From Caecitellus pseudoparvulus (taxonomy: Eukaryota; Protista; Bigyra: Bicosoecida), in NCBI GenBank assembly GCA_965644315.1, contig CBFFRQ010000056.1:457423-521422 (forward strand): 64,000 nucleotides of DNA, in the 5' to 3' direction. Below the pieces are notes generated by a model. That model was not told the DNA's origin. It searched no databases and saw nothing but the letters and a program-made list of their open reading frames with translations. Of the stretch, positions 20,552 through 33,530 are shown piece after piece. Each line of letters opens with the position of its first letter. The first letter of the stretch is position 1. Position numbers and translations under genes: made by a program.

Positions 20552-23180
20552 TCATTCGACGAGGGAGTATCCAGCCGTGTCCAGGGTGAGCTTGCCACTC
20601 TTGACCAAGCTGCGCAGGAATGCCCGCAATTCGTCTTGGGAGAATTGGTCTGTGCAAGGGGGTGTGCGGCGTGCCTGGTGCGAGGCATGCGATGGACAGA
20701 GAGTAGGGGGCTCCGTCTTGGCACGTACAGGCACTGCTGTCCATGGATAAGAACATTTTGAGGTTGTTGTGGATGCTGGCCAGGGGCAGCGTGCCCATGT
20801 TGCGCAGCATGCCCTCCACAAACTGCTCGCACACAGACATGTGCTGCATGGTCTCTGCATCAAGCTCGTCTTCGTCCTCTTCACCCGCGGCGGCGGCGGC
20901 AGCGGGAGCCGCGTCATGGGCTCGTGCAGGGCGCAGGGTGCCCCCCTCGCCCGCCCCGTCCAACACCAACACGCCAGCTCGAAGCCACACGCCTGCCAGC
21001 TTCGCCACCGTGGCGGCCTGCAGCGCCATGCTGGAGGCGATGGCACCCACCTCCATGCCCTGCTCCTGCTCACCTGCAAACATGAGCACAGACGCCTCCA
21101 ATGGGGACGCCTGCACGGTCAGGGGCTCACTATGTCCTGCCGGTGTCACACGCAGGCGCATGCGGCCCAGGTGGTGCTGCCACCGCAGGTGCCGCGGCGC
21201 CTTCAGCCGCTCGTACGCCTTTGTGTACGCTTGGACATGGACGGCCAAGGATGGGTGTAGTCTGGGTGCGGGGGGGGGCACGGAGTGGTCGTCCTCCGGC
21301 GCCTGCACTGGCTGCCCCGCCCCATCCACCACCGTGGGCCCTCGCCTCAGCGCCGGCCAGTAGTGCTCTGACAGCAGCTTGGGGCCGAAGTGGGGCAAGG
21401 TGTCGCTGGGCTGCAAGGCCTGTTCTGCCTCCTGCACCGTGGCAGTGCTGCGTTTGGACTCAGCGATGTCCATGAGCATGACTTCAGCCTCGTGCATGAC
21501 GGCGCCGCCGAATCGCACCTTGAGCAACTCCAAGGTGCCCACCTCCGCCTCCACGTCGTAGCCGTGCGCAGACAGCACCCGCTTGCGCAGCTGGGACCGG
21601 AACTCCGTCGCAAACACCTCCGGCGAGCCGTACAGCGCGATGAGGGTGGCCATGAGGTCGCCGCTGGCCGACGCACGCACGCCGTCTGTAAGGTGGTCCC
21701 GGCTGTCTGGCTGCCACAGGCCCGCGTGCATGGCAGGCGCCGCCTGCGCCAGGGCCTCCCGCACCCAACGTGCCTCCCAGCCGGTGGCCGGCAGGCTCAG
21801 GGCCAGCACTGCAGGCCCCTTGCGGGTGAGGGGGGCAGGGAGGGGGCCGGCCTGCCCCCCGGGCCTGGCGAAGGCTGCGTCCTCCCGTGTCAGGGCGCCA
21901 GGCAGCGCGCCGCTGGTTTTGGGAGCTGCAGCCTGCAGGGCGCGTCGCAGCTCGGCTGCTGCCTCCCCTGGCGCGCTCTCAGCGCTGAGGGCACTGTCGT
22001 CCAGGCCGGGCGAGGAGGGGCTGGCTGTGAGGGCGGTGACGATACACTGCACTGTGTCAGCGCGGCCCCGGAGGTGGCGCTGGATGCAGGCAGTGGCCGT
22101 GTCTGCCACAATGCCCGAGGGGTCCACGTGCTGCAGTGCCTTGAGGGCCATGCTGTACACGTCCAGCACGGTGGGTGTGGGCACCGCCAAGCGCAAGAGG
22201 CGTGCTTGGAAGCAGCCCTCCACCTCCCGTGCGATGGCTTTGCGCAGGCTTGGCACCTGCTGCACGCACGTCCTCAAGGCCTGCAGCGTGGCCATGCACT
22301 CCGGCCACCCCTTGATGGCATCGAACGTACGAGGCAGGAGGCGCCTGCCCAGGCAGCGAAAGGCCGCCGTGCGCAGTGCGGCGGCGAGGCGGCCTGTAGA
22401 GCCCTGCACGGGCTGTGAGGAGCTCCACGTCCTGGCCGTCTGCGGCCACACGCACACTGGCGTGACCAAATCGGGGTTGGCGGCGTGCTGTGCCGATGCC
22501 GTGGCTGGACATGGCTCCTCGTGCACTGGTTGGGGCACGTCGGGCAGCATGTCACACAGGTAGGGCAGGGCAGTCGAATCCAGCCAGGCGCCCAGCTGGT
22601 CAGCCACACCATCCTTGACCTCACTGTCACCGTCCCCAACGAACTCGTCGACGATGGACTGCACCGCTGTGCAGCTGCCTTCTTGCACTGCCGCCTGCAA
22701 GCTTGGGCCGTCTCGCACCACCGTGGCAGCTGCCGCCACACACTGCTGCAGTGCGGACAAGGGGGGCGGCAAGGGAGCACCGGGTGGTTGTCTGCTTAGT
22801 TCACGGAGGCTGTGCTCTGCGCAGACCCGCGCGGCTTCCAGCACAGCCTGCGTACGGGGGGGCGGTGTGTGCTGGATGGCGTTACGGCCGAAACGCTCAA
22901 TGGCGCACCTTTTGCAATGGGTGGTTCCCTCCCTGAGGCCATTCCCGGCTGCTGAGGGCGTGCAGCAGCTCAACCACACAGCTGTGATCATGCACCGCCT
23001 CGACCACGCCCTCTGCAGCTGTGACCGCCCCACGGCACTCGTCTTGCTGCTGGGCAAAGGCGACCAGATCCATGTCCGTGGTTCGCCGCCGCACCGGTCG
23101 AAGCTGGCAGTGGTGGTTGGGGGAGTTTCAGCCGGCACAAGCCCTGGGGCGGGTGGTGACTCTGTCTCACCATGGCCATT
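20552..23180 (-). CDS. APC2: Anaphase-promoting complex subunit 2 (cullin-like); intron ~20650-20728; 5' end uncertain
   Basis: LR.R.DTVQCIV, LIALYGSPEVFATEFR..L, LELLKVRFG....EVMLMDIAESKR, K.PR.L.W..HLG, and a winged-helix GMLRNMGTLPLASIHNNLKMF followed by last exon ...LRAFLRSLVKSGKL. Confidence 0.9.
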
Positions 23181-24095
23181 GTGCACAGCATTCGTCGTTG
23201 TGTTCGCCTTGCCGCGCTGCCTGCGTGCGGCCGGGCTGCGCTTCTCTCTCCCGCTGCTATGTTGCGCGTGCACATGACTGCTTCCCGTGTCTGGGGTCCA
23301 CCGGGCAGTCTGGCCAGACAGGGCACCTCCTGCCCCCTCCCAAGGCGCACTGATGCACCCCACCTCCAGCAGGTTGCCTCAAGGCGCCCCACGGGCCGTG
23401 TTTCGGAGGCTGTCGCCGTCTCGGCAGAGATGCTGCCACCACATCCTCCGCAGCTGCGTTGCCGCCCCAGCCCAGCCCGCTGTGCCACCAAGAGCATGGT
23501 AGGACGTGCCCGAAGTCCTCACTTTGTTCCTGTTCCGCACATGTGCGTATCTGGCCGAGCACGCGAGGCTGGGGCGCAGGCACAGCTTGGCGTGGTTGCA
23601 GCATTGTAGCAGGAAACGCTGCTGGCCAGCTCAGCAACCGGCCACGCTTGCCTTGAAACCCCTCAGCAACGCCTCTGCAGCGCGCCGCCGCGCGGCGGCC
23701 ACCTGTGCCGAGGTCAAGGCCGAGTCACTGCCCCACCCCTGAGGATGCTCAGCCGCTATTGCCATGCTTTTGGGGCAGTCCGCGTTGGAATGGGCGTGGA
23801 ATGAGCATTTGGCGGGCCAGCTGCAGCTGAACCTTGAGCCACAGCGTCGCCCCCGCCTCAATTCCAACTCTCCTCCAGCCGTGTCCGCACCTTGCGCTGC
23901 GCAGGAAGTGCAAGGGCGACCACTTCAGCCACCACCACCAGCTGCACCGCGCCCAGTCCCACCTGGCACGTAGCCTGGTGGGGAGGCGCCTTGGGAGCAG
24001 CGTCGGGCCGAGGTTGGTGCAGTGCCTTTCAGTGACAGACGGCCCCTTGCGGCTTTCGGTTGGGCCTTCGCACGCCTCATTCGTTGAAGAGCAAG

Positions 24096-26603
24096 ATGAA
24101 GAAGGCAACGACGCTGTACTATGCCGGAAACTCGCCGGGCGTCCTGCTGTGGATGACCATGTGAGTGGGAGTGAATGCCGTCGCCCCGCAGAGGCACGTC
24201 GCTGCCACCGCGCCTCTCATGCCCTCCAATCCGCGCCAGGTGGCACACTGTCGAGTTGAAGCTGCTCACACTGGGCTTGGGATTGCTCGCCACAGTGGCG
24301 GTGATCAGCCAGCTTGGGTACAACAACACGATGTGGGGGCTGGCCGGTGCGTGGCTGGCGCTTGCACAGAGGGACGCTGATGGCGGCATTTCCCCCGCCG
24401 CCGCATCGGCCACCAACCTGGCCTGCTCACTCGGCGCTCAGCATCCCTCCTGCGCTCCCGCCGCGCAGTTTCGAAAGGCATCAACGTGACTGCCAACTCC
24501 ACCATGTCATACGGCTTCCGAGAGGGCCTGCTGGCGTCTGACAACCCCCTGGGGGAGCCGTACATCTGGTATGCCTGGATTCACTTCGGCTGGTCCAGCG
24601 CCTTTTCCGGCATCGCGCTCACCTCCCTCATTACGCTGCACTACGCCAACTTCAAGCTCGTGCGCTGTGACCGACTGCTGTACACTGCCCTGTCAGGGGT
24701 GGTGCCCACCCTCGTGGTGTTCTTGGCATTTTTCTACTTGTTTGCCATCACCGGCGGGACGGGGGGGCGCAACCTCGTCACGCTGTACCTCATCTGTGCC
24801 TTCTTCGTGCAAGTCATCCCAGCCTTCGTGACGCCCTACGTGTACAAGCCCATCTTGCGGGATCTGCTGTACAGCCCCATCAAGCTGTCCATCCTGTCCA
24901 TCGTGCTCACCGTCATCGTGGCCCTGGTGGTGCTGGACGTCATCACGCCCATCTTCGCCAACAGCTCCAGCCTCACCCGCATCCTCATCCGCCTGGTGGC
25001 CTTCCCCCTCCTCATCGAGCTGCCCGCCGGCGCAGTGCGCACGGCTGCTCGCTTCTGGATGAAGGAGGACTTCCCCCTGGACCGCGTCCTGACGGCCCTC
25101 CTGGGCCCCGTCGTCCTCTCCTCCATGGTGGGCCGCTTCCTGGCCACCAACATGGAGACGGTGTGGGAGACCATCGGCGTCTCCGTCCTCCTCTCCGCCA
25201 TCGAGCTGCTGCTGCGGGTGACCATGCTGCTGCGGGATGACTTCTACGTGCAGTGCTGCGGCCGCCCCTGTGGCGGCAAGTCTGCCAAACGCAAGAAGGG
25301 CCGCTCAGAGAACAGGGCCTGGGTGCAGTTCATGCTGTTCGAGACCATTTTCGAGGACGTGGGCATCTTCCTGTCCCTGCCCGTGGCGCTCATTTTCCGC
25401 ATCCCACCCATCCCCGGTGGCACGCCGCTGCCTGTCTGGGACGTCATCATTCGCGTGCTGATTCAGGTCGCCATCGAGACCCTGACTGACATTTGCTACG
25501 CCCTGGGGTACTACTTCATGGTGTCCTGCTGCGGTGTGCGGTACAACGCCATCACGCCCGTGGAGATGCGCAACCGCCGGCGCACCACCATGATGCGCTT
25601 CAGCGAGAACCGCCGCTTCCTCTTCCTGCCCAAGTCCGTGCGCAAGCTGGCCCGCAAGAGCACTGGGGGCGCCTCCTCCGCCATGTCCTCCTCCACGGAC
25701 GACCAGTCTGGGCCCGGCGTGGACACGCCCAGCAAGGCCCTGTCCAAGAAGGTGTCCAGCTCCGTGCCCATGCTGGACGACGCACCCCACTCCAGCGGGG
25801 CAGGCACGCCCGTGTCCGCTTCCACCCAGCCGCCTGCCCTGCAGGTCGAGACGGAGCTGGTCCGGGTCAAGGAGGGTAGTGCCTCCCCCACCGTGGCAGG
25901 CTCCATGACGCCTGGCCCGTCGGCACAGGGCCCGTCCATGCCAGAGGCACCAGGGGACCTGCCAGGCTTCTTCTCCTGCAGCCCGTGCTGCATGCGGGAG
26001 GACCACCCCTCCGCGGCCTTTGCCCGCAAGCAGCTGGCGGCGGAGCTGTACAAGGAGGTGCGGTGGGAGGACGAGTTCATGTGGGAGCCGGTGCCGCTGG
26101 GGCTGGTGGCGTACCAGACCACCTGCAGCTCTGTGAACGTGCAGGAGCCGTCAGCCTACGGCGCACAGCTGGAGGACACGCAGGACAAACGCCTGCGACG
26201 CGAGATCGCGCGTTCCAGTGGCTTCCCTGGCTCTGCGGTGTCTTCATACCAGAGCAGTGACGGCGCGTCAGCCGAGACGCCTGCGGGGGCGGGCACGGTG
26301 GATGCAGAGGCTGGCCTGGCCTTCGACACGGCCATCGCCGCTGCCAACGGCACCGAGCCCGAGCAGAGCCTGGACGACGGCTTCGACCCGTCCCTGTCCA
26401 TGTTGCTCACGCTGCGCATGGAGCTGGTTGCCCTGCGCTTCCTGCGCGCGTGGGAGACCCGGTTCAAGTACTTCACGGTGATCCTGGCAATTGGCGCCTT
26501 TGGCGGCAGCCTGTACGTCATGCGGACATTTGTCGGGGGTCTGTGCCCATATGGTGATGCTGATGATCCCAGCACATGGATTTACGACTACTGCACCACG
26601 TAA
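24096..26603 (+). CDS. Uncharacterised multi-pass membrane protein, paralog B (multi-exon)
   Basis: MKKATTLYYAGNSPG exon (24096-24160), intron to 24239, second short intron, then long exon (ORF 24486..26603). About 11 hydrophobic helices. Confidence 0.75.
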
Positions 26604-26644
26604 TGCACTGTGCATTGCCGCTCAGCCGTCCAGGGCAGACACCG

Positions 26645-29452
26645 TCACAGAGCGCGCAGCGCCAGGGCAGGGGGTGTGCTGGGCGGCGGCACCGGCACCA
26701 CCCGCACCGGCACGTCCACTGCCCCCAGAATGGCCCACTCGGCAGGCACCAGCCCGCCCAAACACAAGACGGTGACGGGCCCCTCCGCGCCCAGTCGCTG
26801 CACACACTGCACGAGTTTCTTCAAGGCGGCTTGCCGGGCCTTGTCCTCGGCAGTGCTGGTCGTGCCCCCCCCCCGTCCTCCCAGGAGTGAGCCCAAGGCT
26901 GTGCCGCCCCAGGCGCCGAGGGAGGTGAGGCCCCCAAGCACACGCCCAGCAGCGTCACTGGCAGCCTGCTGCACGGCATCCAACACGGAGCCACAGCGGT
27001 TGTCCAGGACGTGAGACAAGGTGCAAACTGCCGCATGCAGGGTGCGTGTTTGCACGTCTTGCGCGGAGGCTGGATCGAACACGATGCGACGCCCCAATGC
27101 CACGGCGCCCAGGACACGTCCCAGAACGCGAGGACACGCCAGCAGGTCCTGAGGCGCACACGAGCCGTTCAGGGGAGGCATGGGCCCATGCACTGCGCCG
27201 AGAGGGTGCGGCGTGCCCCCTGCCAGTGCTGGCAGCAGGCGAGCCGACCCGGCTTCCCGGACCCGGCGCACCAGGCGCACTGTCGCCCGGTGAACGGCGC
27301 CCTTGTCCAGGCAGGTGTCCAGCCCGCGTGCTGGCTGCACTTCCGAGGGCAGCAGCACCCCCTGCGCCAACAGCTGCAGGGGAGCAGGATGCCGGGCCAG
27401 GGCGTCTGCCACAGCTAGCACCAGGGCCTCTTCCCCCACCAGTGGGGTGCCGGGGCCCACCAAGGCAGGCGCCAGGGCGGGGGGCAGGGGCATGGCCTTG
27501 CTGCCGTGTTCACCGGCAGCGCGCTGCGACGCCGCCACCGGCCCCAGCTGAGCATACGCCTCCTCCGCTAGCACCAGCGCCTCGGATAAGGACACACCCT
27601 GCTCCGCGCTGCCTGGTGCCAGCAGCGCTGCGAGGTCGGGCAGTGGTGCCACGCTGCCTCCTTCTGCTGCCAGGCCCACCATCGCCGCCAGAGTCGGCAG
27701 CGTGGCGCGCGCGGCAGTGGAGGGCTCTCGAAGTGCCTCCCAGGCCTGCAGCAGCTGCTGCTGCAGGGCAGGCTGGCGTGCCACGGGGTGGGCCCAGCAC
27801 GGCACATGCAGCAGCGCCACAATCGCACCAGCGGCCATGCACACTGCTGCGTGGACATCCGGGTCCAGGATGCCGCCGGCAACGGCGGCTGCGGCACAGA
27901 GGAGGTCCAAGGCGGCCTGGCGCCGCTCTGCATGTGGCTGCAGAGCGGAAGCTGCGGAATTCAGGCTGGCCAGAGGCACACACACCCCCTCTTCTCCGGG
28001 CGTCGTGCGTACGGCAAGGACGGCGCGCCTGGAGGGGCACAACTGCACGTACACGTCACAGGCAGCGGCAACGTGGGCGTGGGCTTCCCCCCTCAGCCCC
28101 TGCAGCAGCAACAGCAACGCCTGCGCCCCGGTGGGGGTGCCCAGGCGCTGCATGTGCGCGGCTGCGGCGGCCCAGGCGGCTGACGGGGGCTGGTCCGTCC
28201 TGCGCCCCCAGCCCAGCCCGAGGGCGATGGCGTGGAACAACGCGGCTGCTGCAGAGAGAGACGTGTCGGTGGCCTTGAGCACGTCAAGAAGGGTCGGGGC
28301 GGTGTCCCCCAAGGCGGGCATGTCCGCTGGTGTGCTGTGGCGCACCGCCGCCTGGAAGGAGCCGTGCAGGGCACGGTGTCTGGCGACGGCGGCGGGCAGG
28401 CAGGGCGGCTCTAACGCCCCCGCCGCACCAGCTGGGTCCCACGTTCGGTCCAGGAGCAGGATGGCCCCTCCGGCCTCTGCAGGCTTGGGCTGGGGCGCAT
28501 CCGCCACAGCCTCAGCGGCGATGTCCTCCACCTCCCGGGCCAACTCCTGCCCCATGCCTTCCAGCAACTCACGAGCACTGTGCACGAGGGCCAGGCGCAG
28601 CGAGTTGAAGCCTGGCCACGTGCCCAGCAGGGCTTCCTGCCCAGACTCTGCCGCTGCGGCGGCAACAGCGGCAGGCAGCGTGGCCACAGGCGCCGCTGCG
28701 GCCGCCGCCTCCTGCTCAGACGCTACCACATGCCCCAGCAGGGAACTGGACCTCCCCAGCGCGAAGACCGGCTGCATATCGGGCTCTGGGAGGGTTGCAG
28801 CCACCCAGGAGGCGGCCAGGCGCAGGCGCTGTCGCCAGGGACGCGGCATGTCGGATGAGTCCACCTCGCTCACGTGCTGGGGTGGCGGGGCGTCCGTCTC
28901 AGAGGGGAGGTCGCTCACCGCCAGGGGCCGTGGGAGGTCCTGCGCCGAAGCAGGCAGGGGCAGCACGCTCAGTGCCCCGGCAGGTGAAGGGAGCGTGGCT
29001 GGCGTTGCGGCAGTGAGGCCCGGCACATGCATGACGTGCAGGCGCTGAAGCGCCGCGAGGGCGAGGGCTGGAGGGAGGGTGTCGCCCTCCACATCTTCCT
29101 GTGCACATGATGGCGTGGCGATGCGTGCCATGATGCCCGCCAGCCGCTGCAGCGGCTGCAGGCAGTGCAGCGCTGCCAGGTGTTGGTTGGCCGACGCTGC
29201 CGTGGACACCAGCACGACACGGGGCGGCTTCAGCTCGCGAAGGGTATGCAGCAGGGCGCTCAGATGCACCCAAATATAAGAACTGTACACCACAACAGCG
29301 CTGCACCCCACCAGCTCCGTGGGGGGAGTGCCTCCCACTGGCAGGGTGGCATGCGGAAATTGCCCGTCCACACACCGCTCAGCTTCCCCCTCGCAGCCGG
29401 GGAACGGCAGCAGCACCAGTGTGCCGAGCTTGGCTGCTGCACTGGAATCCAT
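26645..29452 (-). CDS. Sec1/Munc18-family protein, SCFD2/MIP3-like (divergent)
   Basis: ILLLDRTWD (SM-family LxxxDRxxD motif) and C-terminal VLCLGGLVPAE (IVFVxGGxTxxE-like). Confidence 0.6.
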   Translation of the reverse strand: MDSSAAAKLGTLVLLPFPGCEGEAERCVDGQFPHATLPVGGTPPTELVGCSAVVVYSSYIWVHLSALLHTLRELKPPRVVLVSTAASANQHLAALHCLQPLQRLAGIMARIATPSCAQEDVEGDTLPPALALAALQRLHVMHVPGLTAATPATLPSPAGALSVLPLPASAQDLPRPLAVSDLPSETDAPPPQHVSEVDSSDMPRPWRQRLRLAASWVAATLPEPDMQPVFALGRSSSLLGHVVASEQEAAAAAAPVATLPAAVAAAAAESGQEALLGTWPGFNSLRLALVHSARELLEGMGQELAREVEDIAAEAVADAPQPKPAEAGGAILLLDRTWDPAGAAGALEPPCLPAAVARHRALHGSFQAAVRHSTPADMPALGDTAPTLLDVLKATDTSLSAAAALFHAIALGLGWGRRTDQPPSAAWAAAAAHMQRLGTPTGAQALLLLLQGLRGEAHAHVAAACDVYVQLCPSRRAVLAVRTTPGEEGVCVPLASLNSAASALQPHAERRQAALDLLCAAAAVAGGILDPDVHAAVCMAAGAIVALLHVPCWAHPVARQPALQQQLLQAWEALREPSTAARATLPTLAAMVGLAAEGGSVAPLPDLAALLAPGSAEQGVSLSEALVLAEEAYAQLGPVAASQRAAGEHGSKAMPLPPALAPALVGPGTPLVGEEALVLAVADALARHPAPLQLLAQGVLLPSEVQPARGLDTCLDKGAVHRATVRLVRRVREAGSARLLPALAGGTPHPLGAVHGPMPPLNGSCAPQDLLACPRVLGRVLGAVALGRRIVFDPASAQDVQTRTLHAAVCTLSHVLDNRCGSVLDAVQQAASDAAGRVLGGLTSLGAWGGTALGSLLGGRGGGTTSTAEDKARQAALKKLVQCVQRLGAEGPVTVLCLGGLVPAEWAILGAVDVPVRVVPVPPPSTPPALALRAL

Positions 29453-29982
29453 GTCGTCAGGCCCCCTTGCCCAGAAAGTGGTCTAAGAGGCTGGCCCACG
29501 GGGCGAGCGCGCTGCCTTGTGCTTGCCCGGGAAGGTTGCTTGGCTGGGGGCGATGCCGCTGGGCGTGTCAAGCGCCATCAAGGCGGCGAACGTGTGGGGG
29601 AATGCCCTGCCAGCTCCTGCCCCTCGCGGCTGGTCGACAGGGAGAGGATTCGTTTTGCACGATGCTTGTGTATCCCTACCCTCCACTCCTCATTTCCCTA
29701 TTGCGGAGGTCGCCGTCGCTTCGCCCTGCGCCTGCTTTTCCCGGCATGCCACGTGCACAGCGGGAGGTCGGCGGGGCATTGCCGCTTGCAGCGCGGGCGT
29801 GTGCACCGCGCAAAACCCTCGCCGTGCCATACACCGCCGGCGCCAAGCCCCCACCGTCCATACTCAAACCCACACTGCTTCGTTGCTTTGCCGTGCACGG
29901 CATTTGACCCGCGCAGAGGCTGGGTTTTGCGAGGCAGCTGCACAGCCCGCTGACGGGCACCGCCAACAGCGCTGTGCCCAGC

Positions 29983-32900
29983 ATGAAAGACTCCAGTGCA
30001 CTGCACTATGTCGGGAACAACCCCGATGTCGTGCTCAGCATGACCATGTGCGTGGGCCGAGGTCCCGGCTCATGCTGTGGGCAGGCGTTCTAGCGCTGGG
30101 TGTCGCGCTGCGGCCGCCCGACATGCACCTGCAGTCATCCCCCCCCTCCGCCTCAGGTGGCACACGCTGGAGCTCAAGGCACTGACCATTGGTCTTGGCG
30201 TCATTGGTGTGGCGTGCACCATGTACCAGTATGCTTACCAGCGCACTTTTTGGGAGATGGCGGGTGCGTGGAGGAGTTTCTTGCTTTCCCAGCACGGTTC
30301 GCCACGCCAAGCTCTTGTGAAGGGCAGCAACTCCTCGACGAGTGGCGCGTCTTGGCAGGCATGTGCAGTGCTCGGCAGGCCTGGTCAGGGGCACGAATGG
30401 GCCATGGCTGCGTCGTGCAGGGCGGCCTGGTTGCCTGTCTGGGGCCACGCCCTTTCACCGCTGACGGCAGCCCGTGGACACTCTCACCTTTCCCCTGATC
30501 GCAGTTGACCGAGGCGCAAATGTGACCCCCACTGGAACCAACTACACAACCTTTGCCACTGCAGAGTTGCACGTCTACCCAGCTCTGGAGGTGAGCGCCC
30601 CTTCCGCACGGGCCGCTTGCCCGGCCACTGCAGCACCTGCAGTGCCCAGCGCCACGCGTACCTCTCGGCTATTTCCCCCCGCAGGACCCTCTGTACTGGT
30701 TGTCGGGCTTCCAGTTCGGCTTTGGCAGTGCCTTGACGTCCTTCCTGCTGAGTTGCATCATTTTCCTGCACTATGCGAACTTCAAGTTCTTGCGTTGCGA
30801 CCGCATTACGTACTTGTCTCTCACGGGCCTGCTGCCGTCGACGTTGGTGTCGCTGGTCTCAGGGTACATGCTGTGGGGGGCTTCACAAGCGACCCTGGAC
30901 TTTCTCGTCCCCATCACAGTGGTCTTGCTCTTTGCACTCGGCGCCGTCCCGGCGTGTGTAACGCCCTACGTGTACAAGCCGTTGTTTCAAGGCGTCATGT
31001 CGCATCCCATGTACTTGAGCGTGCTGTCCACCATGCTCACCATGGTCGTGGCGTACCTCGTCCTGAACATCATCACGCCCGCCTTCCTGACGGGGGACAC
31101 CACCACGCGCGTCATCATTCGCCTCATCGTGTTCCCCCTGTTGATCGAGCTGCCTGCCGGGGCGGGCCGCTTGGTGGCACGGTACTGGATGGGGGAGCAC
31201 TACCCCATGGACCGCATCCTTATTTCCCTGGTGGGGCCCCTCGTTGGCTCCTCGCTCATGGGCCGCTTCCTGGCGACGAACATGGAGACGGTGTGGGAGA
31301 CCGTCGGGCTGTCCATCGCGCTGTCCGTGGTGGAGCTGCTCATGCGCTCCACCATGCTGTGGCGGGATGACCTGTACATCCAGTGCTGTGGACGGCCCTG
31401 TGGTGGCAAGAAGGTGGGTGTCCCTGCCCACGCCGCAGTGTAGTCGCACCCGTCACTCGCGCCACGCACCTGCACTGCAGGGCAAGAAGAAGGAGCGCAG
31501 AGCAGAGACGAGGGCATGGGTCATGTTCATGTTGTACGGTGCGTTGCGCGTGCCCTGAGATGTCGCCGCCATGCACACACCTTGCCATCGCCCACCCCCT
31601 CCTCGCCCGCCCCGCCCTCAGAGACCATTTTCGAGGATGCTGGTATTCTGTTGTCTCTCCCAGTCAGCTTGGTGTTCCGTGTGCCGCCCACCCCGGGCGC
31701 AGCGCCGCTGAGTGTCGCCGACCTCATCACCCGTGTGCTCATCCAGATGTTCATCGAGATGTTCACAGACATCGGCTATGCCGTGGCGTACTGGGGCATG
31801 GTGCGCATTATGGGCGTGCGGTACGGAGCAGTGACTATGACCGAAATGCGCATTCGTCGACGCAGCACCATGCTGCGTGTCACAGAGACTCGGCGGTACC
31901 TCTTCCTGCCCAGGCCGATGCGCAGCATCAGTCGGGCATTGAACTTCAGCAAGAGCACCCTGGACCACACGACCCTGTCCACCGCAGACGACCTCAGCGC
32001 CGCTGGGGGCCCAGCCGCCACTGGCACCTCCACCGTCAGCACCGTCTCCTCGGGGCCGGACGGCACGCCCTCCTCCCCGCCCCCCTTCACGGTTGTGCCG
32101 GACCTGGACACGGGAGCTGACACTGGCGCAGCACGCGGCACGAGCTGGGGCGAGGGGTCCTACAAGGCCGCCAGCACGCCCACTGGCAAGTCAAAAGTGA
32201 CGCCTTCATCACGGCAGGCTGCCAGTAGCTTCATTGACGACGCTGTGCCTCATCCCAGCGGAGCAGCCACCCCCCAGCGGGAGCCTTCCTCTGCCGACCA
32301 CGCAGACCACAAGTCCATGTCACCGTCCAGTGACACGCCTCTGCCACAGGCACAGCTGATGCCCTCCCCTGCGACATCCCCTGCTGCTGGGGGCCGGCCA
32401 GGTCGCATTGCCTCAACTGCGAGCTCTGAGGCCACCAGCATGGCGTCACACCCAGGGCGACTCGGCACAGACCTCACGACGGGGGACCCCCATGTGAGGC
32501 AAGGCACTCCCATGGCAGCCGACGCGTCAGCGGGGGCACTGCCTCAGGCGCCGAAAGTCGGGCCCATCTCTGTAGCTGCTCCAGGCTCGCCTCCCCGCCC
32601 CGTGACTCTGACCATCCCAGCCGGCGCGGACAGTGACGGGGGCTCCTTGCCGGGGTCTCCCCACCCCGTGTCTGCCAGGCGCGTGCAGGAGGTGGAGGAC
32701 GTCTCGGACATCGCACACGTGAAGGACAACTTCTGGTCCTGCTCGCCCTGCTGCCTGAGGCCCGACACCGCCATCGTGCGGCGTAGCCGTGCAGCCTTGG
32801 TGCAGGAGCTCAGGCGGGAGCGGGTGTCGGAGCAAGAGTTCATCTGGGAGCCCATCGCACTGGGCCTCATCGCATACCAGAGCGGCCGCTCCAGGCGCGA

Positions 32901-33471
32901 CCTGCAGACTGGCCCAGGGGCAGAGGCGCAGTGGACGCATGTGAGAGCGATGGAGGCTCCCACCTCCCCCACCGCTGCGACGGACGTGTACGGCAAGGAG
33001 GCGTTTACAGGTGGTATGAATGCGTCTGCCTATGAGATGACGCTCAAGGCAGCCCCTGCACCGGCGTCGGGGGCACAGAGCCCTGGTGCACCCAGCATGG
33101 AGCTGCCACCTCGCCCCCCCCTGCACCACTCCACCAAGTCCCAGGTGGAGGCAGGCAAGCGGGAACGCCAGGTGCGGGAGCAAGTGGAACAGGCGGTGGC
33201 GATGGGCACGGAGCCCAGTGCAGGCCTGGAGGATGAATTCTCGCCTCCACTGCTCACGCTCATCGCCATGCGCATGGAGCTGGTGGCTCTGCGCTTCCTG
33301 CGTGGTTGGGAGACCCGGTTCAAGTTTTGGAACCTGACCATTGCGCTAGCCATGCTGGGAGGGGCCTTGTACACCCTCCGCACCATGAACGGGAACTTCC
33401 TGTGCCCAGTCGGGGAACCGGACAGACCAGACGACTGGGTGTTCGACTTCTGTGTTAACCTACGTGACTAG
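29983..33471 (+). CDS. Uncharacterised multi-pass membrane protein, paralog C (multi-exon)
   Basis: MKDSSALHYVGNNPD exon (29983-30047), intron to 30156, further introns. GRFLATNMETVWET, QCCGRPCGGK and RMELVALRFLR.WETRFK are shared with paralog B. Confidence 0.75.
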
Positions 33472-33530
33472 CTGCTGCCAGTGACAGCTGAACAGCTCAT
33501 CGGCAAAATGCAGTGTGCATGCTTGGCACT

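Noticed and set aside
23200-24090. Short ORFs between APC2 and membrane paralog B
   Set aside because: No motifs; more likely a divergent promoter, UTR or unresolved 5' exons.
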